Below, one piece after another: positions 16,290 through 25,344 of a stretch of 32,000 bases of DNA. The notes below the pieces were generated by a model. That model was not told the origin of the DNA and did no database searches. It saw only the letters and a list, made by a program, of their open reading frames with translations. Origin of the DNA: Microcystis aeruginosa NIES-843. GTDB taxonomy: Bacteria; Cyanobacteriota; Cyanobacteriia; Cyanobacteriales; Microcystaceae. The stretch lies in assembly GCF_000010625.1 (NCBI RefSeq), contig NC_010296.1, positions 2,940,001 to 2,972,000 of the forward strand. The letters run 5' to 3'. The position numbers and the translations under genes are program-made. The stretch's first letter is position 1; the number at the start of each line of letters is the position of its first letter.

Positions 16290-16898
16290 CTAGACTTTCC
16301 GAGAGTAGTATTCCACTACTAACAGTTCATTAATCGAGAGGGCAATCCATTCTCTTTCCACAACGCCATTCACTTTGCCCACAAGGGTGTTTTTGTCAAA
16401 TTCCAAATGACTCGGCAGGTTGGCTAAACCGGGGTATTCCATATTTCTTTTGACTAGATCCTGGGAACGCTCTTGATTTCTAACTCCAATCACATCACCC
16501 GGACGGCACTGATAACTGGCAATATCCACAACTCTACCGTTAACGGTGACGTGACCGTGATTGACTAATTGTCGCGCCCCCGGAATTGTCCCAGCCATAC
16601 CGAGACGGAAAACGGTATTATCCAGACGCATTTCTAAGAGTTGCAGCAGCACTTGACCAGTGGAACCGGTAGCCCGGCGAGCTTTGCGGACATAGCGAAT
16701 TAATTGTTTCTCGCTGACACCGTAGTTAAAACGCAGTTTTTGTTTTTCTTCTAGACGAATGGCATATTCTGAACGTTTTTTGCGGGCCTGGCCATGTTGC
16801 CCGGGTGCATAGGCACGACGGGCATTTTTACGGGTTAAGCCTGGTAATTCCCCTAAACGACGCACAACGCGCAAGCGCGGTCCTCTATAACGAGACAT
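16290..16898 (-). CDS. rpsD: 30S ribosomal protein S4
   Basis: [24 protein letters not shown]... and the S4 domain [39 protein letters not shown]. Confidence 0.96.
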   Translation of the reverse strand: MSRYRGPRLRVVRRLGELPGLTRKNARRAYAPGQHGQARKKRSEYAIRLEEKQKLRFNYGVSEKQLIRYVRKARRATGSTGQVLLQLLEMRLDNTVFRLGMAGTIPGARQLVNHGHVTVNGRVVDIASYQCRPGDVIGVRNQERSQDLVKRNMEYPGLANLPSHLEFDKNTLVGKVNGVVEREWIALSINELLVVEYYSRKV

Positions 16899-16974
16899 AC
16901 AGACAGTCTGCTCCTATTTAAATTTATCCCAAAACTATTATCGTAGCACAAATTAAGTGATTTAGTTGGCGTGT

Positions 16975-17143
16975 GGGGAGATGGGGAGAGGGGAGAACGG
17001 AGTGGGATGATGGGGTGTGGGGTGTGGGGTGTGGGGTGTGGGGAGAATAAATAAAAGCAATCTCCTGAATACTGACTCCCGACTCGGAGAATACTGATCA
17101 CTGATTACTGATTACTGATTACTGATCACTGATTCAAGCCTGA
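16975..17143. repeat. Composite tandem repeats upstream of rpsD: G-rich (GTGTGGG)n then (ACTGATT/ACTGATC)n
   Basis: ggggagatggggagaggggag..., then ggggtgtggggtgtggggtgtggggtgtgggg (about 17012-17043). A second array atactga tcactga ttactga ttactga ttactga tcactga sits at 17091-17143. Confidence 0.9.
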
Positions 17144-17167
17144 CGGCAGCTGATGTATTTTTTTCAT

Positions 17168-17521
17168 CGGAAATTTTGGGTCTGAAACCCCGCCGTTCTA
17201 GGTTGGCTTTACGTTAGAATTAAAAAGCCAGTCTCGAAAACCAAGTGGACGGCGCAGCACCTTGAAAACTCGGCTTAGGGGGTTCCGACCAGAAAAGCTT
17301 GGCCGGGTAAAAAGTCGCGCGCAACAAGTACAAGAAGCTATAGGCGGTCAACGTACCGTGGGACACACGGAATCGGGCTTCTGAAATGGGGCGAAAGTCT
17401 GTGGACTCTGTGTAAGACAGTACATGGTTTTTTAACTGTGGTATGCGACGGTGGTGGAAGCAGAAACTTAAATCGTGAGGTTTAGGAATCGCCGCACTTT
17501 TAGGGCGGCGAGGATGTCAAT
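17168..17521 (+). mobile_element. tnpB-less miniature derivative of an IS200/IS605-family element (LE-like and RE/omegaRNA-like ends, no ORF)
   Basis: The 5' end cggaaattttgggtctgaaaccccgccgttcta matches the IS left end cgaaaatttgggtctgaaaccccgtcgttcta. The 3' end gaagcagaaacttaaatcgtgaggtttaggaatcgccgcacttttagggcggcgaggatgtcaat matches the IS right end, with the hairpin retained. The same TCAT flanks the 5' side. Confidence 0.6.
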
Positions 17522-17642
17522 AAAGATGAGGCTAATCTCTGCCATCTTAGGGCATACTGTGAGTGTAACGAAGCACTATATTACTCAGTTTGCTTTCCCA
17601 CTCCTTCCCTAGCTGAATCTCTATCTTGGAGAAGCCATAGTC

Positions 17643-18143
17643 ATGATCGAAATGAAAGTCGCTGGAATTGCCCTAGACGCTATCACTCGCAGTCCCATTG
17701 TACTACTCAAGGATGGTTCCGAGCGTCGCGCCCTACCTATCTACATCGGACAAGATCAGGCTAAGGCCATTATCACCGTCCTCGAACAACAAAAACCCCC
17801 TCGTCCCCTCACCCACGATTTGATCGCTAATATTTTTAAAGTTTGGGACATGGATTTAGAAAAGATTATCATCCATTCTCTCCAAGATAATACCTTTTAT
17901 GCTGTTCTCTGTCTCCAGCGCGGCGAAGTCAAAAAAGAAATCGATTGTCGTCCCAGTGATGCGATCGCTATTGCCCTGCGTACCAACAGTCCCGTCTGGG
18001 TAATGGAAGAAGTGATCGCTTCCGCTTCTATTCCCGTCGATCGTGACGCGGATGAAGAGGAACGTCAAGCTTTTCGCAATTTCGTCTCCAATCTTAGCCC
18101 CTCAGACCTGATCCAACGTCGCGGTGATTTTAGTGAGCAGTGA
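17643..18143 (+). CDS. Bifunctional nuclease (BFN/DUF151) family protein
   Basis: MKVAGIALDAITRSPIVLLKD...LPIYIG..QA.AI......KPPRPLTHDL...CRPSDAIAIALRTNSPVWV is the DUF151 pattern. Confidence 0.8.
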   Translation: MIEMKVAGIALDAITRSPIVLLKDGSERRALPIYIGQDQAKAIITVLEQQKPPRPLTHDLIANIFKVWDMDLEKIIIHSLQDNTFYAVLCLQRGEVKKEIDCRPSDAIAIALRTNSPVWVMEEVIASASIPVDRDADEEERQAFRNFVSNLSPSDLIQRRGDFSEQ

Positions 18144-18147
18144 AAAT

Positions 18148-18401
18148 TCAGGAGATAGGAGATAGGGGTTTAGGGGTTTAGGGGTTTAGGGAAATTTCAG
18201 CCAAATGCTCCACTGCCCCACTTCCCCACTTCCCCACTTCCCCATCACCCCACTTCCCCACTGCCCCACTTCCCCACTGCCCCACTTCCCCACTTCCCCA
18301 CTTCCCCACTCCCCCATCACCCCACACCCCACACCCCACACCCAATACCTTCTAACTGGTAACTGATAACTGGTAACTGATAACTGATAACTGGTAACTG
18401 A
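18148..18401. repeat. Composite tandem-repeat spacer (G-rich units, conserved core, CCCCACTT octamers, CCCCACA heptamers, TAACTGR heptamers)
   Basis: In order: caggagataggagatagg; ggtttagg x3; core gggaaatttcagccaaatgctccact; about 13 ccccact[tg]/ccccatca units; ccccaca x3; taactgg/taactga x7. The array ends 4 nt before the ATG at 18406. Confidence 0.95.
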
Positions 18402-18405
18402 ATCA

Positions 18406-19533
18406 ATGCGTTATCGACGATTTGGCCGTACTAATTGGCAATTTTCGCTGTTTTCCCTGGGGACAATGCGCTGTTTGTCCTCAGAGTCGGTGTTTACCGC
18501 AACAGTTGATCGCGCCCTAGAATTGGGGATTAATCACCTAGAAACGGCCAGAGGTTACGGTAATAGCGAAGTTTTTCTCGGTCGCTACCTGCAGCGTCAA
18601 GGGGTGCGGGAGCGGGTTTATCTGACTACGAAATTAGTCCCCACTCCCGATCGCCAAACTATGGAAAAAGCGATCGCCGAATCCCTAGAACGATTACAAT
18701 TAAATTACCTCGATTGTCTAGCAATTCACGGTATTAACACCCGCGAGCATTTAAACTGGATTAAAGACCCGCAAGGCTGCATGAAAGCCGTTTTTCTGGC
18801 CCAAGAAGCTGGAAAAATCGGTCATATTGGCTTTTCTACCCATGCACCCCTAGAAATTATTCTGGAGACGATCAATACAGATTTCTTCGCTTTTGTCAAT
18901 ATCCATTACTATTTTTTTTGGCAAAGACAGCAACCGGCGATCGCTTTAGCCCAAGCAAAGGACATGGGTGTGTTTATTATTTCCCCTGCTGATAAGGGAG
19001 GGGGTCTCCACAGACCTCCCAAGAAGCTAGAGGAATTATGCGCTCCTTTTTCACCCCTAGAGCTAAATTATCGCTTTTTATTGAGCGATCCGCGCATTAC
19101 TACCCTCAGCGTCGGGGCAGCGATACCAGAGGAATTAGAGACAATTATTAACGTATGCGAAGGAGATCAGCCCCTAGATGCGGCAGAAATTGCCGTTTTT
19201 AAGCGTTTAGAGGCACATTTAACCGATAAATTGGCTACAGATTTATGTAGCCAATGTTATCAATGTTTACCCTGTCCTGAAAATATTAATATCCCCGAAG
19301 TGTTGAGACTGCGGAATCTGGCAGTAGCTTACGAAATGACCGATTTTGGCCAGTATCGCTATCGAATGCTGGAAAATGCCGGTCATTGGTTCCCCGGACG
19401 CAAAGCGAATAATTGTACTGAATGCGGTGATTGTTTACCTCGCTGCCCGGAAAAATTGCCGATTCCCCGGCTGTTATTTGATACACACGAACTACTTAAC
19501 GGCCCGCCGCGACGGAGATTGTGGTCATCTTAG
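18406..19533 (+). CDS. Aldo/keto reductase with C-terminal Cys-rich (4Fe-4S-type) extension
   Basis: AKR blocks ALELGINHLETARGYGNSE and IGHIGFSTH. C-terminal CSQCYQCLPCPENINIP and CTECGDCLPRCPEKLPI resemble ferredoxin-like cluster motifs. Confidence 0.8.
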   Translation: MRYRRFGRTNWQFSLFSLGTMRCLSSESVFTATVDRALELGINHLETARGYGNSEVFLGRYLQRQGVRERVYLTTKLVPTPDRQTMEKAIAESLERLQLNYLDCLAIHGINTREHLNWIKDPQGCMKAVFLAQEAGKIGHIGFSTHAPLEIILETINTDFFAFVNIHYYFFWQRQQPAIALAQAKDMGVFIISPADKGGGLHRPPKKLEELCAPFSPLELNYRFLLSDPRITTLSVGAAIPEELETIINVCEGDQPLDAAEIAVFKRLEAHLTDKLATDLCSQCYQCLPCPENINIPEVLRLRNLAVAYEMTDFGQYRYRMLENAGHWFPGRKANNCTECGDCLPRCPEKLPIPRLLFDTHELLNGPPRRRLWSS

Positions 19534-19665
19534 GACGAAACTGGGAAAAATTTTTTTGGGGGATCGTCAAAGTGTAAAAACTATCTTAAGATTAACAGGT
19601 AAGAGAATTAACTTTCTTGAATTTAAAGAGACAAAAAACAAGAAATAGATTAAGGAGTAAAGGAT

Positions 19666-20745
19666 ATGGCACTCGTCCCCATGCGGTTATTGTTGGATCA
19701 CGCGGCTGAGAACGGATATGGCATCCCCGCTTTTAACGTAAATAATATGGAGCAGATCCAAGCGATCATGCAAGCGGCGGCAGCCACCGATAGCCCCGTT
19801 ATCCTGCAAGCTTCTCGCGGTGCGCGCAAATATGCAGGGGAAAACTTCCTGCGTCACCTGATCACCGCCGCGGTGGAAACCTATCCTCATATCCCCATCG
19901 TGATGCACCAAGATCACGGTAATGAACCCGCCACCTGCTACTCGGCGATCCGTAACGGTTTCACCAGTGTTATGATGGATGGTTCCTTAGAAGCGGATGC
20001 TAAAACTCCCGCCACCTACGAGTACAACGTTAACGTTACTGCTGAAGTAGTAAAAGTTGCTCACTCGATCGGTGCTAGTGTGGAAGGGGAACTCGGTTGT
20101 TTAGGTTCCTTAGAAACCGGTAAAGGAGAAGCGGAAGATGGCCACGGTTTTGAAGGGGAATTAGATCACTCGATGCTGTTAACCGATCCCGATGAAGCGG
20201 TGGATTTCGTCGAAAGAACCCAAGTAGATGCTTTAGCAGTAGCCATTGGTACTAGCCACGGCGCTTACAAATTTACCCGCAAACCCACCGGCGAAATTCT
20301 CGCTATTAGCCGCATTGAAGAAATTCATAACCGCTTACCCAATACTCACTTGGTCATGCACGGTTCTTCCTCGGTCCCCGAAGATCTCCTCGAATTAATC
20401 AACCAATTCGGTGGCGCTATCCCTGAAACCTACGGTGTTCCCGTGGAAGAAATCCAAAAAGGCATCAAGAGTGGTGTGCGTAAAATCAATATCGACACCG
20501 ACTGCCGTTTAGCAATTACCGCCGCAGTTCGTGAAGCACTATTCAGCAACCCGAAAGAGTTTGATCCCCGTTTCTTCCTGAAACCCTCGATCACCTATAT
20601 GCAGAAAGTTTGTGCCGATCGCTATCAACAATTTGGTACCGCCGGTAACGCCAGCAAAATCAAACAAATGTCCCTCGATGACTACGCAGCCAAATATGCT
20701 AAAGGGCAATTAACCCAAGTCAGCAAAAAAGTTGTGGCTGTCTAG
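19666..20745 (+). CDS. fbaA: Class II fructose-1,6-bisphosphate aldolase
   Basis: 359 aa. [41 protein letters not shown] and HGSSSVP are class II FBA blocks (cyanobacterial CbbA type). Confidence 0.95.
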   Translation: MALVPMRLLLDHAAENGYGIPAFNVNNMEQIQAIMQAAAATDSPVILQASRGARKYAGENFLRHLITAAVETYPHIPIVMHQDHGNEPATCYSAIRNGFTSVMMDGSLEADAKTPATYEYNVNVTAEVVKVAHSIGASVEGELGCLGSLETGKGEAEDGHGFEGELDHSMLLTDPDEAVDFVERTQVDALAVAIGTSHGAYKFTRKPTGEILAISRIEEIHNRLPNTHLVMHGSSSVPEDLLELINQFGGAIPETYGVPVEEIQKGIKSGVRKINIDTDCRLAITAAVREALFSNPKEFDPRFFLKPSITYMQKVCADRYQQFGTAGNASKIKQMSLDDYAAKYAKGQLTQVSKKVVAV

Positions 20746-20797
20746 TAGCTGAACAATTAAGCGATCGCTTAATAGCACCGATCTAGTAGAATTTTTT

Positions 20798-20829
20798 GGG
20801 GTGGTTAACCATAACTACCCTCTTTTTTA
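20798..20829 (+). terminator. Rho-independent terminator of fbaA
   Basis: gggtggtta-acca-taactaccc forms a 9-bp stem with one G.U pair, followed by tctttttta. It sits about 50 nt after the stop. Confidence 0.6.
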
Positions 20830-20936
20830 TGGGAATGCCTTCAAGGGAAAGAGTTACCAGATAAGAATCGATTTCAGAGAAAAGACTATACTGAAAATAA
20901 TCAGCAGATCAGCACTGGATTTATAAGAGAAGCAAG

Positions 20937-22175
20937 ATGAGAAAAAAATCGTTGTGGGCGGGATTATTGGTGGGATTTTGGTTTTGTCTAACTTGGATGG
21001 CATGGACACCCACAGCAGCCGCCTTTAGCGAAGAACAAAAATTACTACTGCAATCTTGGCGATTAGTCAACCAATCCTATTATGATGACACCTTTAATCA
21101 TCAAAACTGGTGGCAGGTGCGGGAACAATTCATCAAAAAACCCCTCAACGATCGGACGGCGGCCTACAATGCGATCGAACAGATGTTAGCCACCCTCGAT
21201 GAACCTTTTACCCGTCTCCTGCGACCGGATCAATACCATAACCTACAAATTAGCACCACGGGGGAATTATCGGGGGTAGGACTGCAAATTAATATCAATC
21301 CTGACAATGGTTACTTAGAAGTAGTTGCCCCCCTTGCCGGTTCTCCTGCTGAGGCCGCTGGTTTGACTAGCCACGATCGCATTTTGTTTATTGATGGCAT
21401 CGATACCACTACTTTAACCCTCGACGCGGCGGCGGCCAAAATGCGCGGCACCCCCGGAACAGAAGTTTCCTTAGTCATTCTTCCCGATCAAAAAAGTCAA
21501 CCAAAAACCCTATCTTTAACCCGTCAACGCATTTCTTTAAGTCCAGTAGTAGCGGTTTTAGATAAAAATTCTAGTTCCTTGCCCATCGGTTATGTGCGCT
21601 TAAATCAATTTAGTGCTAACGCTGCCAAAGAAGTCTCGGAAGCGGTGACGAACTTACAAAAACAAGGAGCCAAGGGTTATATTTTAGATTTAAGAAATAA
21701 CCCCGGTGGTTTACTGCAAGCGGGCATAGAAATCGCTCGGATGTGGATTAATCAGGGAACGATTGTTTATACGGTTAATCGCGAGGGAATTGCCGATAGT
21801 TTTGCCGCTTCTGGCAATGCTTTAACCGACTCGCCTTTAGTCGTTTTAGTCAATCAGGGAACCGCCAGCGCCAGCGAGATTTTAGCCGGAGCATTACAGG
21901 ACAATCAGCGAGGGGTTTTAGTGGGAGAAAAGACTTTCGGTAAGGGATTAATTCAGTCCTTATTCGAGTTACCCGATGGGGCAGGATTAGCGATTACCGT
22001 CGCTAAATATGAAACTCCCGCCCACCATGATATTCATAAGTTAGGCATTATGCCCGATCAAGTGGTGGCACAGGAACCGATCACATATCAGGAAATCGGC
22101 ACCGAAAAAGATAGTCAATACCAAACGGCGATTCAGTTTTTAAACCAGAAGACCGTTTTAGCCAAAGCTTCCTAA
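20937..22175 (+). CDS. Carboxyl-terminal processing protease (S41 family, Ctp)
   Basis: Signal/TM segment, a PDZ region (GVGLQI...VVAPLAGSPAEAAGL..DRILFIDG), and S41 catalytic blocks DLRNNPGGLL, NQGTASASEILAGAL and GEKTFGKGLIQ. Confidence 0.9.
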   Translation: MRKKSLWAGLLVGFWFCLTWMAWTPTAAAFSEEQKLLLQSWRLVNQSYYDDTFNHQNWWQVREQFIKKPLNDRTAAYNAIEQMLATLDEPFTRLLRPDQYHNLQISTTGELSGVGLQININPDNGYLEVVAPLAGSPAEAAGLTSHDRILFIDGIDTTTLTLDAAAAKMRGTPGTEVSLVILPDQKSQPKTLSLTRQRISLSPVVAVLDKNSSSLPIGYVRLNQFSANAAKEVSEAVTNLQKQGAKGYILDLRNNPGGLLQAGIEIARMWINQGTIVYTVNREGIADSFAASGNALTDSPLVVLVNQGTASASEILAGALQDNQRGVLVGEKTFGKGLIQSLFELPDGAGLAITVAKYETPAHHDIHKLGIMPDQVVAQEPITYQEIGTEKDSQYQTAIQFLNQKTVLAKAS

Positions 22176-22184
22176 GTGGGGTTT

Positions 22185-22226
22185 TCAGTTATCAGTGACC
22201 AGTGATCAGTAAACAGTTATCAGATG
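22185..22226. repeat. STRR-like heptamer array (CAGTTAT/CAGTGAC/CAGTGAT/CAGTAAA)
   Basis: cagttat cagtgac cagtgat cagtaaa cagttat cagatgc, starting 10 nt after the ctp stop. Confidence 0.9.
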
Positions 22227-22423
22227 CGAGTTTTCAGGGTTCTTCGTTACTTGGTCTGGTTCGATCGGGTGGCATAAATCGACTAAATTCTTATCTGGTA
22301 AGATACTTAATTGATTAGTTCGTTAGAGAGGGAAAATAATTGACCAAGATCCCATCAATGTCTTTCTATATAAGGGTTTCATCCCTTATAACCCTGTACG
22401 TTGCATAAGACAAACCGAAGAAC

Positions 22424-22453
22424 CATAATTCATAATTCATAATTCATAATTAC
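22424..22453. repeat. Heptamer array (CATAATT)x4
   Basis: ccataatt cataatt cataatt cataatt ac, in the upstream region of the binding-protein gene. Confidence 0.9.
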
Positions 22454-22609
22454 TAGGGCATAAATCGAACAAATTAGCCGTTTTTTCCATCAATATCTAA
22501 ATTAAGATGAAAACCTGTTTGATTTGGAGAGAATGCTAACATCGATTAGAATTTTCCCAGTCCGGGTTTTTCAGCCTTGCAACCTTAACTCATCCTTGAT
22601 TTTACTGCC

Positions 22610-23914
22610 ATGCAGAGATATATTCGATCGCCCCTAGCCCTAACCCTGAGCATCACCCTGTTAGCTAATTTTTTAACCGCTTGTAATAATGCCCAAACCC
22701 CCGATAACACTGCCTCTAGTCCCACCACCACTGGCCCTGGTGATCAAGGCTTAAAATTAGGGGCTTTACTGCCCATTACTGGAGATTTAGCCGCTATTGG
22801 TCAAAATATGCCCGAAGCAGCCGCCCTAGCGGTGGAGACTATCAATGCCTGTGGTGGAGTCAATGGCAAACCCGTCACCCTCGTGAAAGAAGATGACCAA
22901 ACCGATCCCGCTGCCGGTGCTTCAGCGATGACCAAACTAGCGGAGGTGGATAAAGTAGCCGGTGTAATCGGTTCCTTTGCCAGTAGCGTCTCAGGAGCCG
23001 CCGTCGATGTGGCGGTGAGAAAGAAAGTTATGTTAGTCTCTCCGGGTAGCACCAGTCCTGTATTTACTGACAGGGCGAAAAAAGGCGATTTTAAAGGTTT
23101 TTGGGCGCGGACGGCTCCCCCGGACACCTACCAAGCTCAAGCTTTAGCGGTCCTAGCTAAGAAAAAGGGTTTTCAAAATGTGGCCACCGTCGTGATCAAT
23201 AACGATTACGGAGTCGGATTTGAACGGGAATTCGTGAGCGCTTTCGATAAATTAGGCGGCACTATCACTAATAAGCAAAATCCTGTCCGTTATGACCCGA
23301 AAGCTGCCACTCTCGATAGTGAAGCGGCGGCTGCCTTCGCTAACCAACCAGATGCTGTAGCGGCAGTCCTTTACGCTGAAACGGGCAGTTTATTACTGCA
23401 AGCGGCCTATAAACAGGGATTGACCAAAGGAGTTACCGTCCTCCTCACCGATGGGGTTTATTCGGAAGATTTCACCAAACAGGTGGGGAAAGGAACCGAT
23501 GGTAAGTCAATTATTGCTGGGGCCCTAGGCACGGTCCCTGGGGCCGACGGTCAAGCTTTAAGCGCTTTTACTACTCTCTGGAAAGAAAAGACCGGCAAGG
23601 ATGTCACTGCTTTTGTTCCCCATACTTGGGACGCGGCGATTTTATTGATGTTAGCGGCCGAGGCGGCTAAATCTAACACCGGTGAAGGGATTCAAAGCAA
23701 GATTCGTGAGGTGGCTAACAGTCCGGGTACGGAAGTAACCGATGCTTGTCAAGCCATGGAAATGATTCGCAAAGGCGAGGATATTAACTATCAGGGGGCC
23801 AGTGGCAATGTGGATATCGATGAAAATGGCGATGTGGTCGGTAGTTACGATGTCTGGACTGTCAAGGATGACGGGACTCTCAAGGTTATCGATCAGGTGA
23901 CACCTAATCAGTAA
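22610..23914 (+). CDS. ABC transporter substrate-binding lipoprotein, type-1 PBP (branched-chain/neutral amino-acid LivJ/NatB-like)
   Basis: Lipobox LLANFLTAC. LKLGALLPITGDLAAIGQNM..AA.LAVE.IN..GGV.GKPV and GSFASSVS are typical of the Leu/Ile/Val-binding family. Substrate cannot be assigned from sequence. Confidence 0.8.
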   Translation: MQRYIRSPLALTLSITLLANFLTACNNAQTPDNTASSPTTTGPGDQGLKLGALLPITGDLAAIGQNMPEAAALAVETINACGGVNGKPVTLVKEDDQTDPAAGASAMTKLAEVDKVAGVIGSFASSVSGAAVDVAVRKKVMLVSPGSTSPVFTDRAKKGDFKGFWARTAPPDTYQAQALAVLAKKKGFQNVATVVINNDYGVGFEREFVSAFDKLGGTITNKQNPVRYDPKAATLDSEAAAAFANQPDAVAAVLYAETGSLLLQAAYKQGLTKGVTVLLTDGVYSEDFTKQVGKGTDGKSIIAGALGTVPGADGQALSAFTTLWKEKTGKDVTAFVPHTWDAAILLMLAAEAAKSNTGEGIQSKIREVANSPGTEVTDACQAMEMIRKGEDINYQGASGNVDIDENGDVVGSYDVWTVKDDGTLKVIDQVTPNQ

Positions 23915-24060
23915 TCAGTAATCAGTGAGCAGGAGTCAGGAGGCAGAAGGCAGAAGGCAGAAGGCAGGAGGTAGGGGATAGGGTGATAGGGATTTAGGGG
24001 TTTAGGGAAATTTCAGCCAAATGCTCCACTTCCCCACTACTTCACTACCCCACTTCATAA
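23906..24060. repeat. Composite tandem repeats with gradual motif drift, plus the conserved core shared with 18181-18219
   Basis: aatcagt x3 > gagcagg > agtcagg > aggcaga x3 > aggcagg > aggtagg > ggatagg > gtgatagg > gatttagg > ggtttaggg. Then the core gaaatttcagccaaatgctccact, then ccccacta-type units. The array starts inside the last codons of the preceding CDS. Confidence 0.9.
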
Positions 24061-24155
24061 TTCATCGAAAATTTGGGTCTGAAACCCCGTCGTTCTACGA
24101 CGGCTTTACCGTTAAATATTAGCGCATTTACACGATATATGCTAGAATGCGAGAT

Positions 24156-25344
24156 ATGGAAAAAGCCTATTCTTACCGATTTTACCCCACACCAAAACAA
24201 GAGTCGCTATTGCGGCGCACTTTGGGCTGTGTAAGATTAGTTTACAATAAAGCTCTCCATGTCAGAACACAAGCATGGTACGAAAAGCAAGAAAGAGTAG
24301 GCTACGCTCAAACTTCTTCAATGCTAACCCATTGGAAAAAACAAGAAGAATTAAACTTTTTAAACGAGGTAAGCTGTGTACCTTTACAACAAGGGTTAAG
24401 ACACCTACAAACAGCTTTTACTAATTTCTTTGCTGGTCGTACTAAGTATCCTAACTTTAAGAAAAAACATCAAGGAGGAAGTGCTGAATTTACCAAATCT
24501 GCTTTTAAGTTCAAAGACAAACAAATCTATTTAGCCAAATGCACAGAACCTTTACCTATTCGATGGTCAAGACAAATACCAGAAAGCTGTGACCCAAGTA
24601 CAGTAACAGTCAGATTACATCCTTCTGGACGTTGGCATATTTCAATAAGATTTGATGACCCAACAATCCAGCCATTACCCCCAACCGATAAAGCCATCGG
24701 AATTGACTTAGGAATTAGTAGCCTAGTAATTACCAGCGATGGAGACAAGGTATCTAATCTCAAGCATTTTAAAAGGCATTATCGGAGACTGCGAAAGGCA
24801 CAAAAAAGTCTTTCTCGAAAACAGAAAGGCTCAAAAAATCGGGAAAAAGCGAGAATCAAAGTAGCCAAGATTCACGCTCAAATCACCGATAGCAGAAAAG
24901 ACCATTTACACAAGCTAACCACTCAATTAGTTCGTGAAAACCAAACGATTGTGGTTGAGAATTTAGCCGTCAAGAATATGGTCAAAAACCCCAAGTTATC
25001 TCAGGCAATATCTGATGTAAGCTGGGGAGAAATCACTCGACAATTAGCCTATAAATGCCGTTGGTATGGGAGAAATTACATCGAAATAGATAGATGGTTT
25101 CCTAGCTCTAAAAGGTGTAGTAATTGCGGGTATATTGCCCTTGAAAATGCCGTTAAATGTTCGAGAGTGGGACTGTCCAGACTGTGGGACTCACCACGAC
25201 CGAGATATTAACGCTAGTAAAAATATTTTGGCCGCAGGGCTTGCGGTGTCAGTCTGTAGAGCGACCATAAGACCAGAACAGAGTAAATCTGTTAAGGCAG
25301 GTGCGGAACCCCGCAAGGGAAAGAAGCAGAAACCTAAATCGTGA
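24156..25344 (+). CDS. tnpB: TnpB (IS605 OrfB) RNA-guided endonuclease, split by the same +1 frame break (ORFs 24147..25211 and 25135..25344)
   Basis: Start at MEKAYSY (24156). About 15 aa differ from copy A upstream of the break. The 69-aa downstream frame is identical in protein sequence to copy A. Confidence 0.88.

Noticed and set aside
16853-17101. 82-aa ORF upstream of and overlapping the rpsD start
   Set aside because: It is a translation of heptamer and G-rich repeats (PHPTPHTPHP) and overlaps the rpsD 5' end.
20776-20791. Perfect palindrome ttaagcgatcgcttaa (about 20757-20772) after fbaA, considered as the terminator
   Set aside because: It is HIP1-centred and lacks a following T tract. 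The hairpin at 20798-20829 with a T run is the better terminator candidate.
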